Below, piece after piece: positions 28,369 to 41,171 of a DNA stretch of 64,000 nt (positions within the stretch are counted from its first letter, which is position 1; each line of letters begins with the position of its first letter). The position numbers were made by a program, and so were the translations under genes. The notes below the pieces were generated by a model that searched no databases, was not told the DNA's origin, and worked only from the letters and a program-made list of their open reading frames with translations. The DNA comes from Microbotryum violaceum (lineage: Eukaryota): positions 1,612,001-1,676,000 of the forward strand of contig CDLV01000007.1 in assembly GCA_001244265.2 (NCBI GenBank). Direction: 5' to 3'.

Positions 28369-30886
28369 TAAGAATTAGAATAATGAGATCAAACCTAATC
28401 GTAGTAGAAACTCTTCAGACTCTTAACCAATAACTGTGACAGTAACCGCATACAAATATAACGGCGATTTGTTTCTGTCGCTTCGAGACGTATTCACCGG
28501 TGCCCGCAATATGTGTCTTTGGAGGGGCCCACTTCAATGGCATCAATTTGATGGACTCAATCCAATGGGGTCAATTGCGCATCTCGCCACCGAGCTCGTC
28601 CCAGATTTGCGCGCCACGGCTTCTTATAGCTGGTGGGTGTACAAAGGAAACCGGAATGCGCTGCGATCACTTAATCCCTTTCTGACAAGGCGATGGACGA
28701 CCTGGCTGGAATTGATGATTACCGACCTCGAGCCATCTGCTGCGCAAACGTACGGCGCGCGCAGGCGAAACCCCGATGTGAAAGCTGAGGGACCCTTACT
28801 ACCGACCGTGGCTATGGTGCGTCAGCGCTACGAGGTCATGGGTCTGGAGTTGGGCGTCGTGGAGGAGGGAGCACAGGCGGGCCGCCAGACGCTCAAAAAA
28901 TTCAGGGAAGCGGGCTCCGCCCGCAAGTATCAAATTGACAAGTTAAGGATTCTGGAAAAGGTACGTTCGGGGACGTGATGGCGCATTGGCTGCAACAATG
29001 GTGGTGTCACGGCCATCGGTTCTCTGAACATCCCCTCTTTGTTCACAGGCTATCGGCTTGCACCCAGGGCATTCGCTGTTCGAGGACAAGTATTGGGCGC
29101 ACAAGCCTGTCATGGTCAAGCTCAGATGCCCAACTTGTGCCGCGGGAGGCTGTGTGGAACGCCGGTCGCCTTCACTCAGGATCTCATCCGCTGTAACTTA
29201 TGCGGATACTTACATAAGTTGCATGCCGAGATCTCCAAAGAGGAACAAAGGACGACAAGATGCATCATATGTGTGAACGTGGTGTCAACGAAGGATCTGC
29301 GCGCAGACGAGGTTTAGGAAGCTCTCTGGAACGTAAGTGGCCTAATGTATGCCGCTTTGTGGAACTCCCTGTGTTCCATACTTAATACGGATTTTTACTA
29401 CAGTGTTTCGCTTGCTAGTTCATGCGCATGGGCTTACAATCAGTGAGGCTTGGAGGCTAGTTAGGGTCCATGATTATGGCATCGGGATGGGCTCGGAGCG
29501 CAGGCACTGGCTGAAGTCTCATGTCCAGAAGAAAGCGTCAATCTCCAGCTGGTCCCGGGTAACAAGCTGGCATGGACTTTCAGCAATGCGAAGCAATTGA
29601 CAGGAAGCAAGAATCGGGAGTTTCACTTAGTGTGAGTCAGTATCCTGAATAGCATGGCAGAGTGGGCTGGCTTGGCTGACCGGCATTGCCTACTTGTCAC
29701 TCTTCATCAGTTGCAGGTTCCCACTGAGGCAATACTCAAGAAGACTTGGGGCACAAATGCTAGTTTGGTGAAGACATTTATCAAAGACACCAAAAAGACT
29801 TTCAAGCATCTGAACGTAGGCAAGTGACCAAAAACCAGTTTGCGCAGAAAAAACTATCAGGCTGATCCTTACCCCAAGCTCTTTCTTGCACATCGAACAT
29901 AGCCGCCTCCTTCTCCAGTGCGAAGAAGCTGGCGGCGGAACGGTACACCGATAATGATAGCGATGAGGATGGCCCTGTGAGACATCACTACTTCCCCATG
30001 TTGCAGAAGTGGTACTTATTTGCAATGCCCTTGGTCCAGATCATCCCACTGGGTGGGCATACAGCGTCCTGTAGAACCATGGCAGTTGTGTGATTCGGCC
30101 CCTGTATCGCTTCATGTACCATATCTCTTTTTGCGCTGTAATCGATGCTCTACTAAGGGGGTTTGCGATTGCTACAGCACACATATCAATGTTCGTACAG
30201 AGCCTAGGGCAGGCCGGCCTCAGTCGTTGCGCGGTGCTCCAAGTAGTAACAGCTTCGACTTTGTGACCATCAACTTGTATCTGCTTCATCTGCTAGAGGG
30301 TTGTACAGCCACGCCCTTAGACCTAACTGGTGACTGTCAGAGTGCATACAATGCGCTGTAGCAGCCACAAATGCGATCTAAAGTTTTGGAGCGTACGTGT
30401 GCCAATTCACGTAGGCCCCGGGCGTACCGACCTCGGACCCAGTACGCCTTTTAGGGCGGAGCGTGAGCCATTTGGGGCGTACTCTGCGCCAACAAATGTG
30501 CGGTACGCCCCGAAAAAAAACGAAATTGCTACAGCTTCCGCTAATCTTCATGTATCATCTTCCCTTGCCGTATACATACTTTTTGAGCGTAGTAGAGCAT
30601 AATAGAGCCAGCAGAGACGCCCATAGACGCCCTACATCACCTGTAGTACCCTGTCCGCCCCGGAGCCCACTCTCGACATGACCGAAGGCGGGCCACGGCA
30701 TTTGAGCGCTGAGCGCTGAGCGGCCAATTTGTGCCAGAAGTGTTCCACGGCATTCTTCAGTCTCCTGCCGCAACTCGGAGCCTACCACCGCCCCCTCGCA
30801 CTCACACTCGCAATCGCACACCCGCAACCACCTTGATAAACTGCAATCTCACCGCTTCACATTGACATCAACTAGTACCGACCATC

Positions 30887-32654
30887 ATGGACCGTCCTGG
30901 CATCAAGAACTGGCGTGAGTGCTTTTGCACGAGCTCGCTCTGACCTTATGGAGTTCGCACCTGACGTATGCTGAAAACGTCGGCGGGTGGTGTGTGGTTG
31001 AACTCGCGCAGATTGGCGAACAAAAGGATGTGAATCGTGAGTATTCCATTTCAGTCCCACACGGCTCCACGCGCAAGACCACGACTGGGCCTCGGCGAGC
31101 TTCCTTCGATGCGATTCCGTCAACGGTCCCCCTCTCCCGGGACGTGGGCGGATAGGAGCCGACTGCATCCGTGTGCACTTCAAAGTGCTACACCCGAGTG
31201 GGTATCATATACAGGGTTCTGAGCTGACGTATCCTCTGTCGCCTTCACATTGGCATGTCATGACGTCACGACCACAGATGGGCCAAGGACTGGTTCAGGA
31301 AAGAGCTCATCGGCGTCGAAGCCGAGGGCGTGCGAATCGACTCGGTCAAGGACGTCGAAGGTGACTGCGAAGTGGGGATGCGCAAGTCCAAACTCGTCAC
31401 CATCTACGACCAAAAGATCACTATGCTCTGGCGAGCCGGCGAGGGCGACGAGAGCGTGACGGGCAGTTTGACCGTCCACGAGGTCGCACACGACATGGAC
31501 GAGGATGACTACGTCTTCACCTCGACGCTCGACTCTGCCGCGACCAAGCAGTCGGATGCATTCAACACGATCGCGAGAAAGGCTTTGGCCAACAAGCTGC
31601 GCCCCATCTTCCAACGCTTCCCCGCCGATTTGATCGAGGCCCACGGCAGGGACTTGCTTTCCGACGTCGACGGAGGTTCCGGTGCCGGCTCTGGCGCCTC
31701 GACACCCGCTACGGCAACGGCTTCTTCTTCGGCGACGGCGAGCCAGTCCAAGCCGACGGTCCCGTTGGGTTCGTCGGTCTCGATCCGACAGGGCAAGAGC
31801 GGCCAGTCGTTCAATACGGCCGTCGTCAAGGCCGAGGGCGAGTTCATGTGCGACGCCGCGACGCTGTGGGAGTTCCTCACGAACGAACAAAAGATTCCAC
31901 TTTGGTCGCGCAACCCGGCCAAGTTTCGTCCAGAAGTCGGCGCCGAGGTCGAGTTGTTTGGTCGCAACATCACGGGTAAAGTCGAGGACGTCAAGGCGCC
32001 GACCTCGATTACGACCAGTTGGCGGGCACCAACCTGGCCCGAGGGATACTTTGGCACGCTCGAGACGACCTTGCACCAAGGCTCGGCTTCGACGACGTTG
32101 ACGTTAAGGCTTTCAGGCGTTCCGGTTGGAAAAGAGGACGAGGCTGAACGAAATGTGAGACTGCGCCTCGCTGTCTCTAGGAGAGTAGGGTACAAGTGGT
32201 ACTGATTTAAAGTTGGGACGATCGTTCTCACAGCTCACGAGCTACTACATCAACTCTTTGAAACAAATTGGGTCCGTATTCGAGTCTTTACCCTTTACCC
32301 CCCTCCCCTCCACTTCCACCCAGAGCGCAGCACCGAAAGCGTTAAACCCCTCCCAAGCCCGAGCGCGCGCACGAGCTCGACCCGGGGTCACCAAACCTTC
32401 CCCTTGGGTTATGGTCGGTAACACTAGCGCCGTCCTTGTTAGTGTCGGGATCGTTGCGGCGCTCGCGGCTGGGATCTACTACGGTCCTTCGGGTCCGGGA
32501 GGGAGGAAGGCTTGAGTTGGCTCATACGGTGGTGGTGGTGGTGGTCGAATGGGGAGGGAGGGTGAGTCGTTCTTTGGGTATGGACAATTTGAACTGAGTC
32601 ATCCAATTCTGTTCCTCTTGTTTTCCCTGAGACAGGTTGGGCACAATCCTTTGA
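30887..32654 (+). CDS. AHA1: Hsp90 co-chaperone Aha1
   Basis: Micro-exons give NWHWRTKGC.SWAKDWF; VEGDCEVGMRKSKLVTIYD; C-terminal START-like domain (LFGRNITG, WRAPTWPEGY); spliced end YYINSLKQIGLGTIL*. Confidence 0.92.
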
Positions 32655-32866
32655 CGGAACGCATAGTGATGATTCGCATAAAAGCAGGGACAGAACATTA
32701 CGTGCATGGGTCTAGAATCAGATTTTCGATTGATTTCCACTGGGTGCGAATAAGAAACAACTTTAGATTACACGATGCGAGAGAATAGACACGATCGCCC
32801 AGACAATGAACACCACAACGGTACGCCACCACCGCAATTAAGTTACCCATGCGGCCCCGAACCCAA

Positions 32867-34337
32867 TCAATCATAGTTGAACTTGATCGAGTGGCTCTCC
32901 ATCGTGATATCGCCACCTCGGTAACTCCCCCTCTTCTTCTTGTTCTTTTCCTTGGTGAACCCTTTCCCTCGCGTGACGAGAAGATCGGCAGAAGCTTTGG
33001 CGCCGTAATCCGACATCCCGGCGGGCTGAACAACCAGAAATGAACTTGGTCAGCGATCAAAAATGAACAAGTCAAAGACGAGGAGATCACTCGCCCTAGC
33101 CGCAAACGAGTTATCCTTCAACCTCGGATCCGCAAAGGTCACCTCCTCCGCCTTGACCCGTCGGAACGGGGCATTGATAACACGTTCCTTCTTCTTATTC
33201 CCTCCGTTGATACCATTCATAAGAGGGGTCGTGGGTTTAGGTGAAGCAACAGCGGGTACAGGTGTGAGCAAGGAGACAGGTTCGGGCGCTTTAGGAGATG
33301 CAACGACCTTTTGCTTCTTCTTGGTCGGTTTAGCTTTGATTTCCGCATCAGAGTCGGAGGAAGAGTCCGAATCCGAGGAGGAAGAGGAAGAGGAGGACGA
33401 ATCGGAATCGGACGAGCTCGAGCTGGAACCGGAATCTGAGTCGGAGGACGACTCGGCGGCCTTGCGTTTGTTGGAAGTCGCTTTCGGTGCGAGGGCCTCG
33501 ACGACTTTGGCTGCTGTGGCCTTGACCGGGACCTTCTTCTCCTTGTCCTCCTCGTCGCTCGAATCGTCCGACGAGTCGTCGGAATCAGAAGCCGTCTCGG
33601 TTTTTTTTGCTGATGTCGATGGTTTTTCCAGTACGGCAATTTCTTCTGCAACAGCCTTGGCCACCTTCTTGACCTTGTCGACGACCTTGCCGACCAAAGT
33701 CGTTGGCTTCTCATCCGCCTCTTCGTCCTCGGACGAAGCCGAATCCGAATCCAAACCCGAGCTCAAATCGGAAGACGAGCTCGAGTCCGATGTTTCTGCT
33801 TTATTCACAGCGGCTTTCGTGTCCTTTGACTTGGGTGCGACTTTGGAAGCTTCCTGCTCGTCGTCGTCCGAATCGTCCGAATCGTCCGAATCGTCCGAAT
33901 CGTCCGAGTCCGAGAGGACGTCGGCTGCCTTTTTCGTCTCCTTTTCCTTCGAAGATCGTTTGCTGCGAACCATTCTCGGATGTCGTCAGCACAACATCCC
34001 CACCAACCCTTAGGCTCAGATGGCCCACTCACGCCCTATTCAAATCCACTTTAGCCTTCAACAGAGCCAACAAGGCGCCTTCGCTCGGTCGAGGATCGAG
34101 TTGGTCGGTGATCAAAGGGGTGCCCTTCTTGAGCAACTCCTTGGATAGGGCCGAGGCCGTTTTGGGGAGCTTGTGCGAGAGGAGGAAGAGGTGGATGTGC
34201 GAGTGGGTTTCTGGTGAGGTCGAAGGGAGGTCGGTGCGAAGTGGTTCGAGGAGGGATGGGGAGGGGTCAGTCGGCTAATCTCGAAGGGAAGGAAGTGTGG
34301 ATCACTTACGGTGCAGTGCTTCTGTCTTGGCGTCCAT
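32867..34337 (-). CDS. SRP40: Nucleolar Srp40/Nopp140-like protein
   Basis: Alternating S/D-rich and K/A-rich tracts; SRP40_C domain PFRRVK..LKDNSF..YGAKASADLLVTRGKGFTKEKNKKKRGSYRGGDI..SIKF. Confidence 0.93.
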
Positions 34338-34638
34338 CCTGCCAAGCGTTGATGAGATTGAGGGGAGAGCGAAAGTGTCAAAGGCAGGAGCCCACAGCGC
34401 GGAGGTCGGTTGCGGAGCTTCGTTCCTTGCGGGCCACTTGCGGGCCTGCGGAGGATCTGAGCCAGTCGGAGCGCGCGGCCAATAGTAGCCCGTGCCAGCC
34501 CGTGCCTGCCCGCGCGGTCACGTAGGGTCACGTTACCTCAACTAAGCCCTCACCGAGTGGAGGGTTTCGAGCTTAGGTCCGACGCGAACTCCGCTGCTTG
34601 ACTTTCGAACACGACCTCGCATTCGCGACACATACACG

Positions 34639-35091
34639 ATGGCACCCGCACAGCTCGAACTCTTCAAATTTGGACTTTGTGAGCTCTCCATCCTATCCAG
34701 AAACACTCGATCCTGTTGTTGACGGGTGGAATCTGTCGTAACCGCGGATAGACGTCTTTATTCCGATCGCGGCGATGCTCCATTACGGCGATCCGGATTG
34801 GTACGAACAATACGTCGGCCCGCTTCGATCGAACTACCGCAAAGATGACTTGCCTCAGGTACGTAAAAGGTCAAGCCACAGCTCGATTTAGGTCGCCCCT
34901 GACACGTTCGCGTGGCCTGATCTGATTCCTGCTCGCTGCCCTTGCAGATCGCACCGGCTCAAACACCATCCGAGCTCAAGGATCAGCTCGCCAAAATGAG
35001 GGAGGAAAGGCTGAAGAAGAGGGATGAAAGGAATACCTCGACGACCACCACGGCACCTACAATAGCGAACTCGCAATCGCCGAGGGTTTGA
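34639..35091 (+). CDS. PET100: Cytochrome c oxidase assembly factor Pet100-like (3 exons)
   Basis: Spliced MAPAQLELFKFGLYVFIPIAAMLHYGDPDWYEQYV..PSELKDQLAKMREERL. Confidence 0.85.
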
Positions 35092-35849
35092 GCCTACCTG
35101 GACTGGTGAGTGCCTCCACGTCAAAAGGGGGGCACCTACAGTGTTGCATGATGGTGCTGACGGTCATGGAGTTATCCTATCAGATGCTGTATTCTACAGT
35201 GTCCCTCTTGTACCACAACATAGCGAAACGAACGAATCACTGTTCGCATGTTCATCCACCACTGACTGTAAAGAGTGCTTTGACCAAATGCTTCACATGA
35301 GGCTAGGTAAAAGCGTAAAGTAGTCTTGCCGAGATCAAGTGATGGCCACACTATCCCTTCGATTTTAGATTCTCGTTGCTGCTCGGCAAAGAACAGGACC
35401 GGCCTAAGCCAGCCATTGCGGCTGCAAAGCTGTATTTTCACCGCAAGCGCGTTGCATGGGTGTCGCGTAGATACACGATAACTCATTCGTCGCAAATTCC
35501 GTGCAGTGCATACAAGTGGGCCGGGGCAAACGTCTCTCGGAACCACTTCTAGCAGGAGTCCGCTTCCGCGAGGAGCTTGATCCCAGCTTCCCCAAGGATC
35601 ACAAGGATTTGGATCAATGGCTATTAGAGAGAAGCTTCAACACAACCAGAATCAATACAAACAGGAAAGAGAACCCATCGTCCACCTCGATTACCCCTCC
35701 GCGGCAGTGCAATGCTACGTAGTCGCACCGAGTGGACCCTCGATATGGCCCGGACAAGCAAGCACGCCCCGGGGGTAATGATATCGTATCGGAAAAGCCG
35801 CCAGAAGGTAGCAGCACATCATGCGTATAAAAATCGTGTCCTCTCGCCC

Positions 35850-38430
35850 TTACGCCATCTGCTGTCCCATCGACACCTCTTGAAACCTCGCGCGCTTGCC
35901 CTCCCGCTCATCGCCCTGCACGACCTGCAAACCTCTCTTGCCTTCCTTCTCCATCGCGATCCCTTGCAGCATCTCGACATAGTCGTGGTCCGAGATGCCC
36001 ATCGATGAGAACGGATTGTTGATCGTGCCTTCGTCCGAGACCGCACCGGCAAGAGCGTCCTGGATCTGGTTGTCGGTGAAGCCGAGGGCACGGGGGATCT
36101 CGGCCATCTGTTGCATCACCTTGAGGTGGATCAAGTGCTTCTCGAGCATACCGAGCAGACCTTCTTTGGTGAAGGGCTTGGGAAGGATATCGTTCATGCC
36201 GTGCGAGAAGTACGTCATGATGTCGTTTGGGCCCGAGTTGGACGTCATCGAGATGATTGGGGTCATTGGATCGAACTGTCGAATCAAGGATGTCGCGGAA
36301 ACACCTACCATCCCGAGATTACAACGGGTGAGCAACAGATATAGTCGCTCGAAACGCCTCTCTAACTCACCATCGAGATTGGGCATTACAATGTCCATGA
36401 GGACGAGATCGTATTTCTGCATGTTCATCTGCAAGGCGGTTCAAACTCCCTCAATGAGTTTGTGCGCATCGAAGAAGAACGCCTGAACCCACGCACCTTG
36501 TTGACCGCACTGACGCCGTCGACGGCGACGTCGATCTGGCACCCAAACACCTCCAAGAACTTGCTCGACAGCTTGCGACACACCGCATCATCCTCGACGA
36601 GCAACACGCGCGGCGGGACGGCCCATCCGGGCACATAGGTGAGCTTGCGCGCCGTCTGGGCATCGGACGACGATGCAGGTACATTCGACTGCTTGTCGGT
36701 GGTATCGGGCTGTTGGGCCTTCGACTGGCCCGAGGACTGTCGTTGCTGCCCCTGGGGACTCGGTCGCGATTGAGCGTGCCTGATCCCCTGCAGGTTCCTC
36801 GCATCCCTCGCATCCCCGGACCCATCACCCCGCCTCAGTCCCGTCGAGCCCGGGACGTCCAACTGACCAAACTCGGGCGGGGGCGGCGGAATCGGCGGAA
36901 AGTTACTCCCGGAGAGCGAAGCGCGTCGCGACAAGTCGGCCATTTGATCGTACGAAGCGCGCGCGACTTCGGTGTAGGACGAGATGAGCTTCTTGGCCTG
37001 CGTCGAAGGAGTGAAGGGGACGTTACGATCCTGACCACCGTTGGTGGCGGCGCTTTGGTCTGTGTACCGGAGTAACTAGTGACGTCAGCTTCCGGCTCAG
37101 GCGCCAAAAAACACGCACACGATAGGGGTGCATCGCCACGCACCGGCCTCGAGGTTAATCAGGTACTGGATAAGGTTCTGCATCAATTGGTCTTGGGCGA
37201 CCATATTGCGCTGAAAGTTCATCATCTCCCCGATCACGGCCTGGTAGTCCTGTGAGAGGTTGTTGATGTGCTGTTGCATGTTGGAATGCGAGCGATGAAG
37301 CTGGTCCAGATGATGGTGGATAGCATTCAGGTCTCCCACGGAGCCAGCATGACCCGCTTCAGAAGCGGGCGAGACACCTTCCGATGTAGATGCAACAGCA
37401 GCTCCTGCGCCTCTGCGTACGGCCGGGGTTTTGCGCTGTGCAGGGGGTTGGGGGGGTGGGGGGGGGGGCGTAAAGGGTTATCTCGATCAGTCCTCGTCCA
37501 TCGCGCTGAGTGCGCAAGCAGCAAACTAACCTTGATGACATCCAAAGACTCCTTCATGCCAGCTCTGAATTCGGGATGCTTAAATTCCCAAGTCTGTTGA
37601 GAGCAATGGGCACAGTCCAGTGAGCGGCTTCCTCGCGCCCCTCGGAGGATTCGGACTCACGTGTTCTCCGTGCTGCCCATCTTCGTTGTTTCTCGGTACT
37701 TTACGGTATTGGTACTTGTTCAACTGGCGAACGAAGCTCGCAAAGTTTGAATGTTTAAAGTGCATCGGCAGTATGTCGTTCGTAAATTTGTGCATATCCT
37801 GTGCGGGCAAAGCCCAGCGGCGGGTTTTAGCGCTCGCGCACCCAGAGACCAACGGCAACGACCTACCTTGACAATGAACGAGTCGCCAGTGTAGCCCCAC
37901 GCAACGATGTCTGAAAAGGAAGGATCCTCCAACATTCTGTCGTCCAGCAAAGGGGCAAAAAAGGAGGGGGCGGGTCAGCCTTCTCCGCACAGCTTGGGCG
38001 AAGGCCGTCGGTACAGTCCCCGTAGAGCATCTTTGCAAGCATGACGACGATTAACCACAAGCAGGACCTGGCCATCCCACTCCCGGGAAGCGGCTTCGAT
38101 CCTCCTTGTAAGTGGGGACGAGGGACGGATCGCGCCGCCCGCCGCCCCAATGTCCCCCACGACCCCTAGGACCCTACACGAAGCCAAAGCGATTTCATCC
38201 CCTCCCCTTGGTACACACCTGTACAGCTTTTTAACAAATTCACTCGCGCCGCCCTTGGCCTCCTTGGCGCCATTGTTCGCAGCAGAGTCGCCGACGCCGA
38301 CCTTGACGTCGACATCGACATCCTCCTCCTCGTCCTCGTCGGCTGCGACGACGCCCTGTCGTCCCATCGGAGGCGGGCCTTGGTGTTGTGGCTGTACTAA
38401 ATGGTGGAGATTCGGGTGCTGACGATGCAT
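35850..38430 (-). CDS. SKN7: HSF-domain / receiver-domain response regulator Skn7
   Basis: HSF domain [34 protein letters not shown]; coiled coil; receiver [31 protein letters not shown]. Confidence 0.95.
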
Positions 38431-38986
38431 ATTTCCCGGGTGTTGATAGGGGTCGGCGCAGGAAGTGGCGAGGCGGGGGCCGACCTCAACGTTGACGTTG
38501 ACCCACGCGCCAGCCTCGGAGGCCGACGAGCTCACTCAATGAGCGCGCGTCTGATCTTGCCTGATCGATCCTGATCAGCGATCGCGCGGCGGAGTAGGCC
38601 GGCTCAAGGGCAGGACGCAGTTTCAATCAAAAAGGGTGCGGGGAGGCAATGCAAGTTTGGTACCCTATGCGGTGCGTGGCTCTGCGCGGTTCGACGTCGC
38701 TTCGGCGTTCGCGTGTGATCCTTGCGGGTCGAGCTAGTTGAAGGAGAACAAGCTCAGAGAGTCGCGATTGATCGTTGCGATGATCGCGGCGCAGGTGCTG
38801 AAACGAGGCGCGCTACCTACTAGTAGTATATACCTCTATTCTTTAGTTGGCAGGATACTTGAACCCAACCTCGACATGTTTTAGGTAACATCGACTCTGC
38901 CACCCTGTTCATTGCGCGATCCGCATTGGGACGCCGATAGGTAGTACCTACTTAGTAAGGCTGCAAGCCTGCGCACTTTCATCACA

Positions 38987-39341
38987 GAGCGGTGTATCGA
39001 CCACAGAATCAATCTTACGCCTTTTACTTAAAATTGCCGTTGTTGATGCACGCCAACGCTCTTAGTCCAAATCTTTCTCCTTCCCCTCTCTCCCTCTCCG
39101 GAGTGACATGATTTTACTGAGCGGTGTATCGACCACAGAATCAATCTTACGCCTTTTACTTAAAGATCGCCGTTGTTGATGCACGCCAACGCTCTTAGTC
39201 CAAATTTTTCTCCTTCCCCTTTCTCCCTCTCCGGAGTGACTTGATTTTTCCCTCCGACTTTTAGATTTCTAGGTATTAATATAATTATGCTGTTAATGAA
39301 TTCTATCAAAAAAAAAACCTAAAAAAAAACTAAAAAAAAAA
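38987..39341 (+). mobile_element. Non-coding retroposon (SINE-like or LINE 3' fragment): 2 x ~132-bp head, LINE-shared tail and poly(A); 5' end uncertain
   Basis: Tandem units start at 38987 and 39119. 39248-39308 is nearly identical to the LINE 3' end at 9770-9835, followed by an interrupted poly(A). Confidence 0.75.
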
Positions 39342-39548
39342 TGGAAGTACGGGTCGGGACCGATGGAGGAATTATCCGAGTCACGAGATTCCAAGCTCTT
39401 CGGCCGTCCAGGATGAAGCTCTGCACCACTGACTGACGAGTCCATCGGTAACGAAATAAGTGTCGACGCGTTGTCGGCGCAATAGTATGTCGGCACAATG
39501 ACGCCGTGGAGGGCTGGAACCCCGACGAAGTCAGCCATCCGAGGCTTC

Positions 39549-39676
39549 CATAGCAAAAGAAAACCCTGAAATGGGACCCCGGGTCTGCCGATTTCAAATG
39601 CATTTCAAATGCGATGCGGGATTTCAAATCGGGGCCCGATCCCGGGGTCCCATTTCAAGGTTTTTTTTTGGCTATG
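39549..39676. mobile_element. MITE-like element with ~36-bp terminal inverted repeats
   Basis: CATAGCAAAAGAAAACCCTGAAATGGGACCCCGGG ... CCCGGGGTCCCATTTCAAGGTTTTTTTTTTGGCTATG, with TC directly flanking both ends. Confidence 0.75.
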
Positions 39677-41171
39677 TCGATGCTCAACTCTGAACCCCAA
39701 ACTCGCAGGGGTCTTTTTGGTCCTGCTGGGTGACAATGACCAGGGATATCTTATGTATACACGCGATGTGAGCTCTTCAAGTTTTTTCAACCCGATATCC
39801 TTCCATCAGGCGTAGAGACAGGGCTGGGTTGGCTCGGTTCGTCTCCTTTAAGTTGTACTTCAGCTCCCCGAGACTGTGGACGTTCTCTTCATCCCGGCTT
39901 GGGATCAAAGAAGCTTTGTTTTAGTGTCCATCGAGTATTCCGAGACTGCGTGAAAGCTGCGAAATACTACCTATCGACGGACTTGCGGCGATGAGCGCCC
40001 ACCTCGTCCCCAGCGGCGTAGCCGGGACGTAGCGAAGCAGGGCGGTGGCTACGAAGCGTTGAGGCTTCTTTTATCTGGCTGGCCTGTCTCCAATACTGGT
40101 CAAGCTCTACAAAATGCACGGACAAAGTCGGTGCTTAGGGTAGGACCGTAACGTCACGCACCTTCGCTCCGAGTAGCAACGCCGAGACCAGAACCCTGCG
40201 AAATCGCCAAGGCAGGGCAGTGACACGCTAAGTGATCGAGGGTTTCCCGGGCTCGCCACAGAGCTGAAATCAGAGCCACAAGCTGCCCGAGAAACGGCGT
40301 CTAAAAGATTGTCAGTTAAGTTGTTTCGAGGCGGGACACGCTGGCGGCTGCGGTGTTCAGCCTCGACGAATTGGTCGTAAGTGCGACTGGTTACCGAGTC
40401 AGCGCGTCGATATCCCTGCGAGTCCCTGCGACTCGTCAAGTGTGCGAGCCTCCCACAACAGGATGGCGCGCAGCCCTTCCCGAAGAATTTAGGCCGACCA
40501 GGACTAACGAAACGCTGCTCAATCGTTGGGTGGAACGACCCGGCTCCTGTTTCTCAGGAGCACGAGACGAACTTCACTGAAGGAGACGACCAACTTAGCA
40601 CGCTAGGATACCCACCAAGGCGTGGGATATGCAGGTGGTGGAACCATGACGACGATCGAAGCTGTGAAGACACGAGTGCGGATCAAGCGAGCGAGGCGAT
40701 GAGCAGTGATGCGCAGGAGGTCAATCACGGGTCTAAAAGCCCTCCCCCAAGGTTCGTGCGCGTGGTCGCAAGCAAGCGTGCGGGCATTCGAGGGTTCGAC
40801 TCTAAGGAAAAGACAATGCATTACTCTCTTGACTTTTTACCTGACTACCATCTTTACACGGGAGTGGGGTTCGTTGATGCGCTAGATGGTGGGGCGATGG
40901 GGGGCTTTGTCTGGACTGACTGGACCGAGTTACCTACTGCCGCGCGTGTGACACAAAGGACAAGCGGCCCAGAGCGGCCCAGTGTGGCCCCTGAGTTGAA
41001 CGAGACGCACTAGTCAACGCTGCCGCCACCTCGCCCCTTGGTCTCCCCCCACGCGCTGCACTTGAATTGTATCGTACCCAAATACTACACTCGCTTGAAC
41101 CCTCAAAAGTCTCCGGAAGACTGTGCCATCCCCCCTTCCCCATCACTCTCCGACGACGACAGTGACGACGC

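Larger units (their letters stand above)
22050..29630 (+). pseudogene. Cys-rich unidentified pseudogene split by the Helitron
   Basis: Phase-compatible exons (~22050-22197, 22283-22426, 28443-28960, ~29049 onward) with CxxC pairs and several stops/frameshifts. Confidence 0.45.

Noticed and set aside
33063-34013. 316-aa plus-strand Ser/Glu-rich ORF
   Set aside because: Antisense shadow of the low-complexity SRP40 exon.
39430-39465. CTGACGA...GAAA hammerhead ribozyme-like core
   Set aside because: Stem II (GTCCATCGGTAAC) pairs only two bases and I found no convincing stems I/III; the region reads as decayed coding DNA.
40381-41013. 210-aa ORF upstream of the mucin-like gene
   Set aside because: Non-ATG start, no domain or splice support; cannot be called.
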